The notes under the pieces were generated by a model. That model had not been told where the DNA came from and ran no database searches. It saw nothing but the letters and a program-made list of their open reading frames with translations. A DNA stretch of 64,000 nt from Oculina patagonica (taxonomy: Eukaryota). This document shows, in pieces, positions 11,601-27,257 of this stretch; positions within the stretch are counted from its first letter, which is position 1, and the number at the start of each line of letters is the position of its first letter. A program made the translations under genes and the position numbers. Where the stretch lies: assembly GCF_052425735.1 (NCBI RefSeq), contig NC_135766.1:20894001-20958000 (forward strand), written 5' to 3'.

Positions 11601-14600
11601 TAATTCTAACGTTCCCTTTTCCCCATTTTTGCCCTTACTCTAACTCATTAACTTGTAAACATTTTCCCTTTACTCGGAATCTTCTAATTCCATACCCCCC
11701 CCCCCCTCGCCAACCCCGCCGGCTACCAATCCCTACATGTATGTTCCATTACTCATTTTCCTCCAACTTGATCACCTCCACCAACTTACTTCCGTGTTCC
11801 ATTCACTAAGTATCTCCAATCCATTAACCCCCATTGCCCCCCCTTCCCCGAAGTCCCCTCGTCTAATTTTCGCCAATATTCCCTTGCAATTTATGGTATT
11901 TTTTTTAGCTCAATGTTGTTGATTTAGTTCTGATTTATGTATTTTTTTTCCTTTTAGCTGGTAAAGCTCTATTTGGTCAACTACCTGTACTTGAAGTAGA
12001 TGGCAAAGTAATTGCTCAGTCGTTTTCTATCTGCAGATTCGTGGCCAATGAAGTGGGTAAGTCTTTGAGCATCCTCGGATACCCAGGGGCAGTGTTAGTG
12101 GCGGGCGATACGAAGTAATAAACCGGGCAGAAATCGTAGCGACGAGACGAGTTCTGTCCGGTTTGTTACTTCGTTTGGCCCCCCACTAACTGCCCCGGGT
12201 CCCCTAGGATGGTAACGGTCTTCGTGACGGTACATGATGTTTAGCACATCTACAATCATCAACTTAATTGTAAATATGTAAGATGAGGCTCGTTAGATTC
12301 GCAGCAAAAAACTGAGTTATTCGACCACCAAGATCTCGTTGCAAAGTACGCGGAGATCTTGCCGAGGTGCTAAGCGCCTGGACCCCTGTGTTGTGAAATA
12401 CAAGTCCTAGTCCCAATCTCCATTTAGAGCACGTGTTCGCCGGTCTATGTATTGCCTCGATTTCATGTAATAAAATCAGAGTTGTAGTTTGTACAGCCAT
12501 GTTGAATGTTTTCGTTCACATTTCATAGAATGCTAAAGCATAACACACTGAACCCTTCGGCGAATAACACAGCAATGAAATTTTAACTGACTACTGACAT
12601 GTGGACCTCCCTCCTCCCTTCCCCCACCATTACAACCCTCTTCGAACGCCCATCGACAGCATTTGAGTCATTTCATGGAAGTGAATGAATCTCGGCGAGT
12701 TCTCGGCGAGATCGATTCTTTATATCTCGCAAACTATGGACCCACTCTCACCGAGATCTATATCTGGCCTTCATAGTCTTTGTAAATTGATCGTTGTATT
12801 AGCCTATGACGGCGCTGTTCTCTCACTGAGACATTACCAGGCCATTCTTGTCTCCAGAGCCGCTTGTCTCTCTTAGCCGGTGGAGCCTGTGCACGAGCAA
12901 CAAGTAACTCTGGAGGCACACGATAGGATTGGTTAGATTTTAACAAAGGGAGTTTCAAATAAAGCCAATCAAATCAACCGTTTAGAATCTCGTATGACAA
13001 AGGGATTTTAAAACGGTTCGATTGGCTGTTTCTTTTGTTAAAATCTAGCCAATCAAATCATGTGTCCTCAGAGCTTCTTGTTTCTCGTGCACAGGCTCTG
13101 CCGGCTAAGAGTTACAAGCGGCTCTGGGGACGAAACTGTTGCCAGGCAATCCTGTCAGTTTTTCCCCTGAAAGTTTGAGCAACGAGTGCGAAAATTAAGT
13201 ACCGAAAATCGACTCATAGTACGGCAACATATTGTATACTATTTAAAAGATCTTATCGAAATTCATTTGTCTTAGTGACCCCGTAATTAAATTCTAAAGC
13301 ATTCTCGAGAAAATTAGAGTCAAACCTTGTCAAAATGTTTATAACGCGCGCCATTTTGTTTTGAACTGGCGCGAAACGTCCGTTTTAACTGAAATATTGA
13401 CAATTTCAAATCCATTTTTCTCTCGCGGGGTCAGCTTGAGTGCTAAATTTTTGGCAGGTTTTTGTTAGCTGTACTTAAACTGTTACCATGCTAAGAGGTC
13501 TTTTTGGTAACTTTAGTTTTGCTTGTATTGCTCGAATGTTGGGCGGAAACCATCTTAACTTCTCGGGTGTTAATGTTTAATAAGATCTCGTTTGGTACTC
13601 ACCAACAAGACACATCTCATGCACTTTTACGTGGTTACTTGTAAGTAAGAGTGTCACGGCTGTTAGGTTTTTCTTGTTAACGATAAACTAACTTGTTTTT
13701 GTACATAACAGTGTTTTGTAGATCCCTGTTTTAATTCTCTACCTAGGCCTTACTCCGTCCACTAATTTAGAGAAGGCTCAAGCAGACATGGTTGTGGACG
13801 GTTGTTCTGATTTTGGCGCGAAACTTATTCCACCTCGTTTTGAAAAAGATGAAGCAAAGAAGGTGAGCTGTTCAACGATAGTGTGATTCGTGATTGTGAG
13901 ATTTATTTTACGGACTTTCCTTAATTAGAATACAACAAGAAAACATTTTACGAAGTTTTGGCGGGAAAGTTGAGGATGAAGACAACAAAGCAAAAAGCGG
14001 AGTTATTTACTGTAAGGTTGGCTTTTCTTCGAATTAATTCGCTATTTTTGCTGGCAAGCTCTCCCTCCAATGTGTCCGTTTATCAAATATGGCCGTTTTC
14101 GACTCCCCTGGCAACGATTTCTTCTTAGGAAATTGGAAGAAGATTAATAAACTTAAAATGTCACAGATAGAGTTTTTGCTACGCGCAGTTGTCACGTTTA
14201 CCTAGTTCATCGCACTTTGCAGAAGCTACACATGCGTTTCAACGTATTTGATTAAAAAATCTTTCTGAAACATTGCTGACTAGTTTATTCTTTGTTGTAG
14301 GCGGAGCTTATGAAGCAGGCAGAGGCCGCTACACCGGTGTTCTTCAAGTGCTTTGAGGACATTCTGAAAGCCAATAATGGTGGTCAAGGCTACTTTGTTG
14401 GTGATAAGGTGAGAGCAATCTAGTATACACCTGATTGAATGGTTGACCATGTGAAAAGCATAAACGGTGAACGATAAGACCGAATGACATCCTGTGTAGA
14501 CAGCCTTGGTAATCTTAGTAATATTCCTTTTATTGATAATCAAGATATTTTCTTATTTTGTGGCCTTACGAGCATGACTTATGCAACCGGTCATATCATA

Positions 14601-14963
14601 ACGTTTATTCTGTCACAAAAAGGGATTATTTTTCCAACTTCCCAGTAAACATTTGGGTCGCGTCGTTCATGGTTTACATTTTTTACGGGTATACTTTTAT
14701 TAAATCAGGTATATATAACACAGTCAACACAAAACGCACAATTTGCTACATGTTCTTAGCTTATCGATTTCTTTGTTCATTTTCAGCTATCTTATGCAGA
14801 TATTATAGTCTTCAACCTGTTAAACGCCGTTTTCGCAAATGGCAAGCCAGAGGTTCCCAAAGAGATCAAGGATTTCCCCTTGCTTGTGGGGCATTATGAA
14901 CGAGTCAAGGAGATTCCTAGTATCAAGAAGTGGATCGAGGAACGACCTCAGTCAGACATATAA
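2649..14963 (+). CDS. Sigma-class GST B, 214 aa; exons 2649-2793, 11958-12056, 13747-13862, 14301-14408, 14787-14963
   Basis: Spliced product [33 protein letters not shown]...W...GKALFGQLPVLEVDGKVIAQSFSICRF...FVGDKLSYADI...KKWIEERPQSDI*. It has the catalytic Tyr, cis-Pro and QS motif. All introns are GT-AG and the exons total 645 nt in frame. Intron 1 is 9.16 kb. Confidence 0.92.
4083..5213 (-). CDS. Secreted cysteine-rich precursor 1 (174 aa), nested antisense in GST B intron 1; exons 5213-4965 and 4358-4083
   Basis: Signal-like MKSFLFSLCFFAAVIMSTHG, acidic pro-region with RR, GTAAGG donor at 4964, pyrimidine-rich CAG acceptor at 4359, phase-0 join. 13 Cys after the signal peptide. AATAAA on the minus strand at 3874-3879. 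Confidence 0.85.
5272..5307 (-). promoter_or_regulatory. TATA box and initiator of precursor gene 1
   Basis: Minus-strand TATAAAAG at 5307-5300 and TCAGT at 5276-5272; same motifs and spacing as in paralog 2. Confidence 0.6.
7190..7555. mobile_element. MITE with TTAA target duplication (Kolobok-like)
   Basis: TTAA|AGGGACTGTGTCA...TGACACAATCTGTCCCT|TTAA; a related copy starts at ~55370. Confidence 0.6.
8275..8816. mobile_element. PIF/Harbinger-type MITE
   Basis: Long TIRs GGGCCTGATTACATGAGCCGGGCTGGCCCGG..., TAA on both sides, internal CCGGGCCAGCCCGG repeats. Confidence 0.8.
9987..10852 (-). CDS. Secreted cysteine-rich precursor 2 (176 aa), nested antisense in GST B intron 1; exons 10852-10598 and 10262-9987
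   Basis: Signal-like MKTFGFLLTFSLAIVLVDAG, KR site, acidic pro-region, GTAAAT donor at 10597, CAG acceptor at 10263, phase 0. 14 Cys. Exon 2 is 276 nt, as in paralog 1. AATAAA on the minus strand at 9747-9752. Confidence 0.85.
10924..10959 (-). promoter_or_regulatory. TATA box and initiator of precursor gene 2
   Basis: Minus-strand TATAAAAG at 10959-10952 and TCAGT at 10928-10924; spacing identical to gene 1. Confidence 0.6.
12070..12211. mobile_element. Short palindromic MITE
   Basis: CATCCTCGGATACCCAGGGGCAG...CTGCCCCGGGTCCCCTAGGATG, an imperfect hairpin over its whole length. Confidence 0.6.
12843..13138. mobile_element. Fold-back MITE with 9-bp TSD (Mutator-like)
   Basis: Near-complete palindrome flanked by TTACCAGGC and TTGCCAGGC. 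Confidence 0.7.
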
Positions 14964-15678
14964 ATTGCATGGCTTGTGACATTGTGCTTTCTTTTGACGT
15001 GTATCAGAGCAAGTGCTTAAATAAAAGCCCATGTTCTTTGAACAAACCATCTCCACTTTTCTCCCCTTGTGTATAGCAGACATGACGTCTTTAACTCTTT
15101 AAGCTTGAGTCGCAACCCCGGCCGAGAGAGAATTGGGGAGAAGCGCCAAGGAAAAGCATGCTGCCCTGTTATCTTTAACTTGAAGATGTTAAAAGAGAAT
15201 TTTCCCTCGCAGCGAGATTGGAAAAGCTGGCGTGGTTCAGCCGAAATGCGTGAAAAGGGTTTTTCACGTCATTTGGCAGGTTCTGCTAACGTTAAAAAAT
15301 AACTTCTTTCTTTCTGTCAACTCTGCTTGCTCGATATAGAAGGCCCTTAAAACGGGTGTGCAATTTTTTTTTTTCATTCTTTATTGCCGAAAAGTATGAA
15401 AACAACATCAATAAATCGGGTTTAGCATGAGCTATGCTAGAGGCTAATTTTTAAAGCGCTTTCTTTGTCGTTAGATTGTGGACGTAGGTATGCTACCCTG
15501 TTAATTTCAACTTGAAGATGATAAAAGTGAAGTATGATTTATCGATCCCAATTTATATCTCGAGTACAAATTCAATGTTGAGTATACTATCCTATTGGAA
15601 AAAATACATAAATCACAGTTTTAAGACAAATTTATTGATCTAATTGTGATAACTTTATCTGCGGACCGCTCGTGACGT

Positions 15679-18600
15679 TTACATGACCGTTTTAGGTCGT
15701 TTCTCGATCCAGGCTTTTATCTCAGGGACATTCATCACTCGGTTGTAATGCTCTACCAACAAGGGGAACGGTTTCAGTTCTTCAGGAACTTTCATCTCTC
15801 CCTGGGCCAAACGACTATTCAGGATATCAAAGAGGAATACATCGGCGTAGGAAAGCTAAACGAAGGAATGGGAAAAAGAAAACCTGAACATAAAAGTACA
15901 ATCACGTCCCCAGAGTGGGAAACACGGTGGCCAATGGTTAGCGCTCTGGACTCCGGATCGAACAGTCCGGGTTGGAGCCCTCGTAGTGGTCATTGTGTTG
16001 AGTTCTTGGGCGAGGCACTTTACTCTCATAGTGCCCCTCTCCGCCCAGGTGTATAAATGGGCACCGGAAAATTTAATGCTGGGGGTACCCTGCACTGGAC
16101 TAGCACCACACTCAGGGAAAGGGAGGGGGGGGGGGGGGGGGGGGAGTAGAAATACTCCTAGTCGCTTCATGCTACTGAAACCTGGATAACTTCTAGGTTG
16201 ATGGGCAACTAGGCTTGAACGCAGACTCTACCTCGTCCCATAGCAAGCTCTTTGGTCAACGCCCACAACGCCTGCTCTGACGAAGTCCGATTTGAAAGTC
16301 CGGTCATGGCAGACTTAAGGCTCGCGTTTATTCCGCTCAAAGCTGATTAGAAATGATCCCTCCCTGTGTGCTAAAAAAAATCCGACTTGGACTTGACCAG
16401 GCTCTCCGTTCTTGGTGCTGATCAAAAGAAAGCTAGCTATGGGACGAGAATGAAAAACATAACAAACAATTTGAGGATGTCGTTAGGAGATAGGGTCTCT
16501 TAAAACTTTCAAGTCCAGTAAGAAATAAAATTGTCAATTAATGTACATCCTTGTTTGGTAAAATTTGTCCGCCCTTCTAGCGTCTTTCCATCTGTTCGTC
16601 AGTCGGTCCTCCGTCAGAGCGTCAGTCAGTTAGTCAGCCACCCGGCCAGACCGTAATCCAGCCAGTCAGTCAGTCAGTCAGTCAGTCAGTCAGTCAGTCA
16701 GTCCATCAGTCAGTCGGCCAGTCGGTTGGTCACTCAGACCGCTGGTTAGCCATAGCCAGTGAGCTAGTCAGTCAGTCAGTCAGTCAGTCAGTCAGTCAGT
16801 CAGTCAGTCAAGTGCTTTTTTGACTTTTTAAGGGCCCGGGACGGACCATTATTTTCTTGGAGGGGGGGGGGGGGATGAAAAATTTTCCTCTGCAAACTTT
16901 TTTTTTAGTTTATGCACCTCTGCAAACATTTTTTTTCGAAATTCTTACTATTTTTTATTATACATATCGTGTTTGCAAACAATTTATTTTGTCTCTCCAG
17001 GCCCTGCAAACATTTTTTTTTCAATATTTTTCATCCCCCCCCCCCCCCTCGAAAAAAATAATGGTCCGTCCCTAAGTGCTTTTTTCTACTTTTTAAGTGC
17101 TTTTTTTTTTTGAAGTTTAAAAACTTCGGGTGATAACTTGATTAACTGTAACATCAAATTCTCATAACTGTAAAATGTGTGTAAAGAAATTGTCAGTCGG
17201 TAAGGAGGTTAGTTAACAGGATCCAATCACATTGCTGTAGAACAAATGAACAACTGAAGTGGTATTATTACCTTGTCACCGGCAAAGAAGCCCTTTCCTC
17301 CCTTGTTGGCTTCCAAACGTTTTTGTAGGAATGCCAATTTTGTCGGAAGGGTTTTTTCAAAGAAATCCTTCTTCAGCTGTTCCTGCAAGGCAAGAAATTG
17401 AAAACCCTCATGGAACTGAGATGGATTATATATTTTCCATTTTTTATTTTATAATTTTCTCTCTTATATAAAAGTGGAACGTAAAGTTATCAAAACACTC
17501 AAAGTGACATGTTTGGATTAACAGTGGTCAAAGACGTAAAAATTGCATGCCTGCGTAGGACTCTTACTCTCCTTTGTTTGAATGGCCTCGAGCGTCCTTT
17601 GAAGCACCCTGGAGTCCTCTGGAGAAACCCCGCGATGAATTAGCATCCCATCCAGGATAAGGGAGGGAGTAGAAATACTCCTAGTCGCTTCATCTACTGA
17701 AATCGGGAAAAGCTAGCACATCGGGCCAGTTCCAGGTCAAAGGCGGTGGAGCAGGGCGGGGCTGTAGCCACCCAAAACGAAATTTTGGGGAGACTCAGAC
17801 CCCCCCCCCCCCCCCCGCTCCATTTTTTGGTGCCGAAAATATCGCGAGCGCAGCGTAAAATTGCTTTCTCAAACTATTCCGTCTCCGTGAGTGAGTTCAA
17901 CCATCATCGAAACTTCTTTGAAAGTCTTCGGGAAACTTCATTTCTCTTCGGAAAAGTTCGAAAAATGATCGAAAACGTTCGTATGGCCTTCAAAGAACAA
18001 CTGAAGGATTGTCGGAAATCTTCAATCTAGAAATTGCACAGAAAACAAAAAGTTGCTAGAACGGGAAGAGTTGCCCCAAATATGAGAACCAACCGAGTAT
18101 TTTTGGGTCATTCTTAGTCCCCTCCCCCCCCCTCCCCCCACCTCACCACGTTGCAAAACGCTTCGTCGCCTCTGTACGTATGGAACTGGCCCTATGCACT
18201 GAGAGGGCCCGGAACTGACTTCAGAAAGGCTAGCTTCTTACCTTTTTAGTTTTGTCCTTCTCGAAGAACATTTTGAGCAAATCAGGACGGAGGTCATTTA
18301 CAGCGTCATATATCATATCAGCTTCTGCCTTTTCCACAAGATCACTAGGACAGTAACCTAAAAAAACGGACAACCTTATCAATATTGTGTATAAGGAGGG
18401 TCTATTATATATAGGGGGTCTAACATTCCGCAAACCACCATAATTTGTTCTCCCGCAAACTGCAAACCGCCATCATTTCTTGACCATAATCCGCCAGGTT
18501 AATACGAATATACCCGCAAACCAACACTGAAAATTGTTTTAGCCACCAGAGTGGGGGGGGGGGGGGGGGGGAGTTCGTAACTGCTAGCCCACACGCAAAC

Positions 18601-19917
18601 CTGCACAAGGCTCCGGACTCAGACAGAATCTTGCCATCTTCTAGCACCAGAAAAGGTATTACACCAAAAGGTGGTCTTCCAGCTAAAATAGAAGGTCAAA
18701 AGATGGTAAACATGACGAAGAGACAAAGATAACATTCGATCCCCCGAAAGAGGCGACCCTCTTGAAAGAAGCAATAACACTTTAAGTGTTATGGCTTCTT
18801 ATCTTTTTATTGCGGTTGTTAGCAATAGAGCTCAATAAAGCAGTAAAGCCAAATTTTAGCAACATAAATCCCTGGACGTTGCGACCATCCGAAAACATGT
18901 TCCTAAAGTTGAGATAGGCAAAGTAGTGTAACGGCACCTTGTCTCATTTGTGATGAATGAAATCAATGGAAACACTGAAATAATAGATTACTAAGGTAGA
19001 AATACACTAAAGTCTGTTCAAAGGAAGAAGCCAAATTTTGGGTGTGGTTGTACCCTTATTTAATTCTGGCCCATTTCCTCACTCTTAACCGGTTTTCCAA
19101 TATGTCGAATCTTTCGAATGGTACATCGCGTTCGTGTCACGATGTAGTTTCTTTTGTGATGAATGGTCATGAGTTAAACCAAAGGAGCAGTCGAAATCAG
19201 GTGGATAACGAAACTATACGCAGGAAAGCCATTTCAGAAGTCATAAAGCCCCCCCCCCCCCCCCCCCAAGGAGATTGAGACGGATTATTAATAAGAATGA
19301 ATTTGCGACACAAATTTCTGCAGCTAATTAGTCGCCATGTCATTAAGTGGCACGGAACGTTTTTCTTCATTGTTTCCAGCCGACAATGATCCACGGATCC
19401 TTACAAATCATGTTTGTTCGCTGTCTTGACAGTATTTTAATTTGGAATGGATATCATATTAATACTTCTAAGATGCAAGCTCTTAACTGAACTGCGTGAC
19501 TTTTCCGTTTGCTGACTCATATTTATTGCTTTGTCATGCAAAACTCTGCACCTCCACCCGATCAGAAAAAAAACATGCGATGGTCACTTATTTTTCACTC
19601 AGTTTAGGCAAACAAAAGATTCAGTTAGAATGGGAAATTTGCCTTCAAGATCCATGCACACTGCACAAAACAAATTTATTTTCTTTATCGTTATAAATTT
19701 GTAAGATATTGAACTCATCTCTAACTGCATAATGTGGCGTTTTGAATATTTATCTTTGCAGAGCAGATGAACTTGTTTAATACTCACAAGCTTTCTCCTT
19801 GGCCCATTGTTCAGCGTCTAATCGAACATCTTCGTAAGGTATGTTTCCAAGGGCGAAACCAATTCGAGTGGGCTCTGCTGCACCGCGAGCAGGGAAATAA
19901 TACAACTTGTAAGGCAT
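15679..19917 (-). CDS. Sigma-class GST C (211 aa if spliced); exons 19917-19788, 18682-18581, 18357-18242, 17382-17272, 15855-15679; intron-2 donor is TT, so possible pseudogene
   Basis: MPYKLYYFPARGAAEPTRIGFALG...GRPPFGVIPFLVLEDGKILSESGALCRF...EKRPKTVM*. All exons are open, but the exon-2 donor reads GCAG|TTACG where paralog D has GCAG|GTATG. Confidence 0.75.
15917..16232 (+). mobile_element. tRNA-derived SINE
   Basis: A-box-like TGGCCAATGG, body GGGCGAGGCACTTTACTCTCA...CCCAGGTGTATAAATGGG; homologous to 50120-50411. Confidence 0.75.
16660..16810. repeat. (CAGT)n microsatellite in GST C intron 4
   Basis: Two runs of CAGT repeats; the same motif, (TGAC)n, occurs at 758-802 in GST A intron 4. 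Confidence 0.9.
16838..17072. mobile_element. Harbinger-type MITE (second copy 55106-55336)
   Basis: TIR GGGACGGACCATTATTTT; the 55106 copy has TAA on both sides. Confidence 0.7.
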
Positions 19918-20422
19918 CTTGTAAAGTTCTGAAAGTTCACTCTAAACTGCAACTCCGGTAATCAAGGCGAAAATTACTAGTGTCACGTGGTAACGGAAGA
20001 CTGCCTCCGGTGCCTTTTTAGCGGGGGTAGTGGGGATGGGGGGAGGGGGGGGGGGGAGAGAAGCCACGGAGAACAAAAATGTACGTTCGTGGATTGTGGG
20101 TACGTTGCTTTGAAGATCAGTTTTCCTCGAACAGGAGTCAAATGAGAGGCACCTGTGTTTCTGGGGCAAGTAAAAGATAAAAAGATATTTGCCGTCGGAT
20201 TCCCATGCAAACACTGGAATTTCTAACCCCATTGCCTAACGGTCAAGATGGCATCGAAAACCGTGATAAGGCCTATTGCGGATGCGTTAGCCATTTTTCG
20301 CGTCCGCCCTGTTAAATATACCCATGCACAAACTAAAACGATAACAATCATGATTTTACAACATTTTATTAAACCCATCCTTAAAATCATTTGTATTCCC
20401 TGCAAGATAGTTCTTGTTCAGT

Positions 20423-22837
<2,415 letters not shown>

Positions 22838-23768
22838 TCATCAACCTGTAGTTCACATGTGTTGGTCACAAAGCATTACTGTTGAATGGAAAGCATGAAC
22901 TTGTGAATTTTGCAAAGTGACAACGGGGGGGGGGGGGGGGGGGGGTGTCAAAGGGTGGCTATTTAACGACAACATAAAGTGATCGTTTAATTCAGCATTA
23001 GAACATTACAAACTCACCAGCAAACATGTAGTCATCTTAGCTTTACTACGCATTTTTTTTTTCTCAGCGAAATCCTTGTATTATACTTCAACAAACTTTG
23101 GTTTCAAAATGTTATTTAGATAATTCTGTTACAATGAAATTGCATGAAAATTGAAAAAAATCTACATTCATAATGAAAAGCAACGGTTTTTTCTTCTTTA
23201 TACATATGAAAGGAATTTTTTTATTCTTTTAGACAAACTTTTGAGCGTCTTTTTACAGAAGCTAGCCTACGAGCAGGCTCTGTATTTGGGGAAAACGTGA
23301 ATTGGCGGATCTGGGATTTTTCTCAGGAGGGGTTGCACCAATAAACCACTTCGTTTGTTTTTTTCTTTTTATTTCTTTTTTCTTTCTTCTTTTTGCAGGA
23401 ATCTGAGCAAAATTGTTGGAAATTTCAAGCATTTTGCGGATAACCTAACTGTTGAATGGTTTGCGAGTCTTGTTTAATTTTGGTCAAATTCCACGGATCT
23501 GGCCGTCTCGAATTTTTCTGTAGCGCCGTTAAGAGATCTCGATTTTTTTTCACGAGGCCAAGGAAGTTTCCGACTCGCAGAAAAGATTCTAGCCGCGCGG
23601 TCTGCCTTAGTCTCGAATTCACCAAGTGTCGCGTGACAATGAATGCAAATAACGGCTGCCAGTGCAAGTAAGCGTTGTGTGACAATTCAATTACCGTTCT
23701 AATCCGGTTCTAAGCAGTCACTGTATATATATTCTATTCTCTGTTCATAGCGAATTTATTTTGGTAAA

Positions 23769-26410
23769 ATGTCGGGTTACAAACTTTATTATTTTGATGT
23801 TCGTGGTAGAGGAGAAATAGGTCGACTCGCCTTCGCTGCGGCGAATATAGAATTCGAAGATATTCGTTTAACAAGGGAGGAATGGGCGACAGAAAAGGCA
23901 TGTGAGTAGAAATTTATTGCATGTAAAATTAGCTTGTATGCCAAACACTAAATTTATTGTTGCATGACCTATCGTGTAAAAGATCGGCATTTTTATAGTC
24001 TTTCTGAACAGAAATCAAGGAGTTTGATCGTTGGTTGAGTCGGTGCTACGTTTGTTTTTAACTACAGAAAAACAGTGTATTTATATTATTGACCAAACTC
24101 AAATGTTTCAAAGTAGCATCGCCAAATTAAATATTCAGATCCAACTATTTCTTATAATCAACATTCAACTATTAAACAGGATAATAAGCACGTTCCGGTT
24201 GGCACGATTCGTGAAACTGCATGTTTTGATCGATCTACGACAGCGATAAAGATAGATATTTATTCGGGTGTAGGGCAACGGCCCATCGTCGTTTGGTCGA
24301 TTTTTTGTAATATATTCATTGTTTGTCACGATGACACAACAATCTCTCTCAAGAACAGTAACGCAAGCTTGCTCCCAAACCGGCTAGGTAACTATGAGTT
24401 AGCCTGCGAGCAGGCTCTCTATTCGGGGGCAACGTGAATTGAACTCTTCCAGCGCCGAAGGCGCGATCTCGCGAGTGCCGCAGGCGCGAGTTGGCGAGCG
24501 AAGCGAGCCCGCGAACAAACCGCTCGAGGAGTTCAATTCACTTGGGCGCTCGAGGAGTTCAATAGACCTCTTTAAATACGTTAGCTACGTTAGCTACGTT
24601 ATGTTGTAGATCACGCGACGCTCTCAATAGCCTGCGTAGCAGGCGTCGAAAGGGGAGGGAGGGGGAGTTGGGAAGAGAGAGAGAATTGTTCCTTTGTCTT
24701 TCTGGAAATTATTAATAATAATAATAATAATAAAAGCTTTTATTTATACACGATAATTTTTTTGCAGCATAGTATTGTCGTGTTTACAAATTATTATTGA
24801 AGCTAACTAAACCCTTAAATAAAAAATTAATCACTACAAACTAATCATTCCAAAAAAAAAAAAATAAACAACCTCTAAAACCCTAATACTTTAAAGCACC
24901 CCTTTTCGTTCATTTCCACGTGAATTTGTTTGAATTTGAAAGAAATAATTCTCAAGGGTAGCATCACGTGGTCTACAATGGGACAACAAACAAACGAAGC
25001 TAAAGAGGTCTATTCACGTTGCCCCTAGCCCCACAAACCGAGAGCCTGGAACAGGCTACGTTGCCCGCGAATAGAGAGCCTGCTCGCAGGCTAACTATGA
25101 CTAACTAACTGCATGTAGACGTGTTTCCTCGGACGTTTTTTCCCATGTTCCCATGTGGGTTAACTGTTCTCAAGGTTACTTGATAGACTGAGTGTCGGAA
25201 AACCCACATCAAAGTAATTACTCTGGCCAATCAAAAGAGTACAGGCGAACAAGTAAACCAATCAAAATTCGAAGAAAATGGACGTACAAGATGGATTCCG
25301 GAAAAGCGTGTGCGAAAGTTCTGTCGAGAGTATCTCCATTGGTTTTGGTTTCACTCCTGATTTGTTGAGACCATGCAGTACTGCTTTTTTAAACCAGTCA
25401 CTAAAAACAAGCCGCAATCACGGATAAAAACCGAAATCGTACTATTATTGTTTCAGAACTTTTCTGACACGTGTATGTTTATTTCATTCAGCTGGCAGGT
25501 CTCCTTTCGGTCAAATACCATTTATTGTGACACCTGAAGGAAATGCACTTGGCCAGTCTAATGCAATTATGAAATACATATGCAGACAAGGAGGTATGAT
25601 TCTGTTCTGTATAGTTAGTTGTGGGAACTTAATATTACCACTAACAACTGTCTTTCTAATTCATTTTACTTCGCCGCTCTTTATCGCGCCGCAAAAAAAG
25701 ATAAAATAAAAAAAAACCCTCTGGTACCCAGGGTAGGCGGTGGTTGATGTTTTTTTTTTGTGAAAGGAAAACGATAGATCTTAACAAAACAAACAAACAA
25801 AAAACGCAAATTTGCAAGCGTTTGTATAGCTGTATGTTTAGTGCTAGAAGTACCACAAAGTCAGCAACGGTTTGATGCTTAAAGGGACACTGTCACCAGT
25901 TTCACTTCAAAAACGCAAGAACCTAAAGACATATGAAAACTACGAATAGTGGTCCAATTTTGTTAAAAATCACCATGCAAGTTTACTGAAGTGATATTTT
26001 TGTGATGCCATCAGGAACTTTAGATCTCAACTTCAAGTTTTGTCCATGTGGACTGAAAAAAAACCCTAAAAGTTATTGTGGCTCCCTTCTTCCTTCAACA
26101 ACAATTTTACTTTAATTTTACTTTTATCTAAAAATATATAATCTTAAAAAGATAAAAAAGTGCACAAGGGACTTAATTTTTACCGAAAAAAAAAATCCCC
26201 GTGACAGTGTCCCTTTAAGCAAACGAACGGCAGTCCACCGACAAAGCATCACGAATTAAAGTCCTTTCCGCCGTAAAACGACATCTTTTCATAGGTTTAA
26301 GCCCAGCAGAAAGTTTTGACGAGGCATTGGCTGACATGATTACCGACGGAGTTGAAGATCTCCGTACTGGTTTGGTGAATATTTACCATGAGAAAGATGA
26401 ATCTAGAAAG
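23769..26410 (+). CDS. Sigma-class GST E, exons 1-3 (23769-23901, 25492-25593, 26295-26410); exons 4-5 probably in the N gap 26758-27257
   Basis: MSGYKLYYFDVRGRGEIGRLAFAAANIEFED... / SGRSPFGQIPFIVTPEG...QS / GLSPAESFDEALADMITDG..., canonical splice sites. Confidence 0.85.
24400..25093. mobile_element. Composite MITE in GST E intron 1
   Basis: TIR TAGCCTGCGAGCAGGCTCTCTATTCG, flanked by ACTATGAGT and ACTATGACT (9-bp TSD with 1 mismatch); nested fragments inside. Confidence 0.7.
25883..26214. mobile_element. MITE with TTAA TSD (Kolobok-like)
   Basis: TTAA|AGGGACACTGTCAC...GTGACAGTGTCCCT|TTAA. Confidence 0.75.
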
Positions 26411-26519
26411 GTACTTTATTCATAAGATTTCAATTTGCTGAGTAGGAAAGATGAGTACAGTTTACTTACTTTACCTTTCGTGATTCTTTTATACATTGTA
26501 TCATTTACTTATTCTTTCT

Positions 26520-26757
26520 TTGGTTTCGTTCGTTTGTTCGTTCGTTTGCTCGTTGTTCGTTCGTTCTTTCGTTCGTTCGTTCTTGTTCGTTTTTCTTTCT
26601 TTCTTCTCTCTCTTTGTGTTCGTTCGTTCGTTCGTTCGTTCGTTCTTTCATTCGTCCTTTGCTTCGTTTGTTCGTTCGTTCTTTCGTTCGTTCGTTCGTT
26701 CTTTCTTTCGTCATTTGCTTCGTTTGTTAATCCTTTCGTTCGTTCGTTCGTTCGTTC
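26520..26757. repeat. (TTCG)n degenerate microsatellite running into an assembly gap
   Basis: Directly visible; it generates the spurious FVRS-repeat ORFs. Confidence 0.9.
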
Positions 26758-27257
26758 NNNNNNNNNNNNNNNNNNNNNNNNNNNNNNNNNNNNNNNNNNN
26801 NNNNNNNNNNNNNNNNNNNNNNNNNNNNNNNNNNNNNNNNNNNNNNNNNNNNNNNNNNNNNNNNNNNNNNNNNNNNNNNNNNNNNNNNNNNNNNNNNNNN
26901 NNNNNNNNNNNNNNNNNNNNNNNNNNNNNNNNNNNNNNNNNNNNNNNNNNNNNNNNNNNNNNNNNNNNNNNNNNNNNNNNNNNNNNNNNNNNNNNNNNNN
27001 NNNNNNNNNNNNNNNNNNNNNNNNNNNNNNNNNNNNNNNNNNNNNNNNNNNNNNNNNNNNNNNNNNNNNNNNNNNNNNNNNNNNNNNNNNNNNNNNNNNN
27101 NNNNNNNNNNNNNNNNNNNNNNNNNNNNNNNNNNNNNNNNNNNNNNNNNNNNNNNNNNNNNNNNNNNNNNNNNNNNNNNNNNNNNNNNNNNNNNNNNNNN
27201 NNNNNNNNNNNNNNNNNNNNNNNNNNNNNNNNNNNNNNNNNNNNNNNNNNNNNNNNN

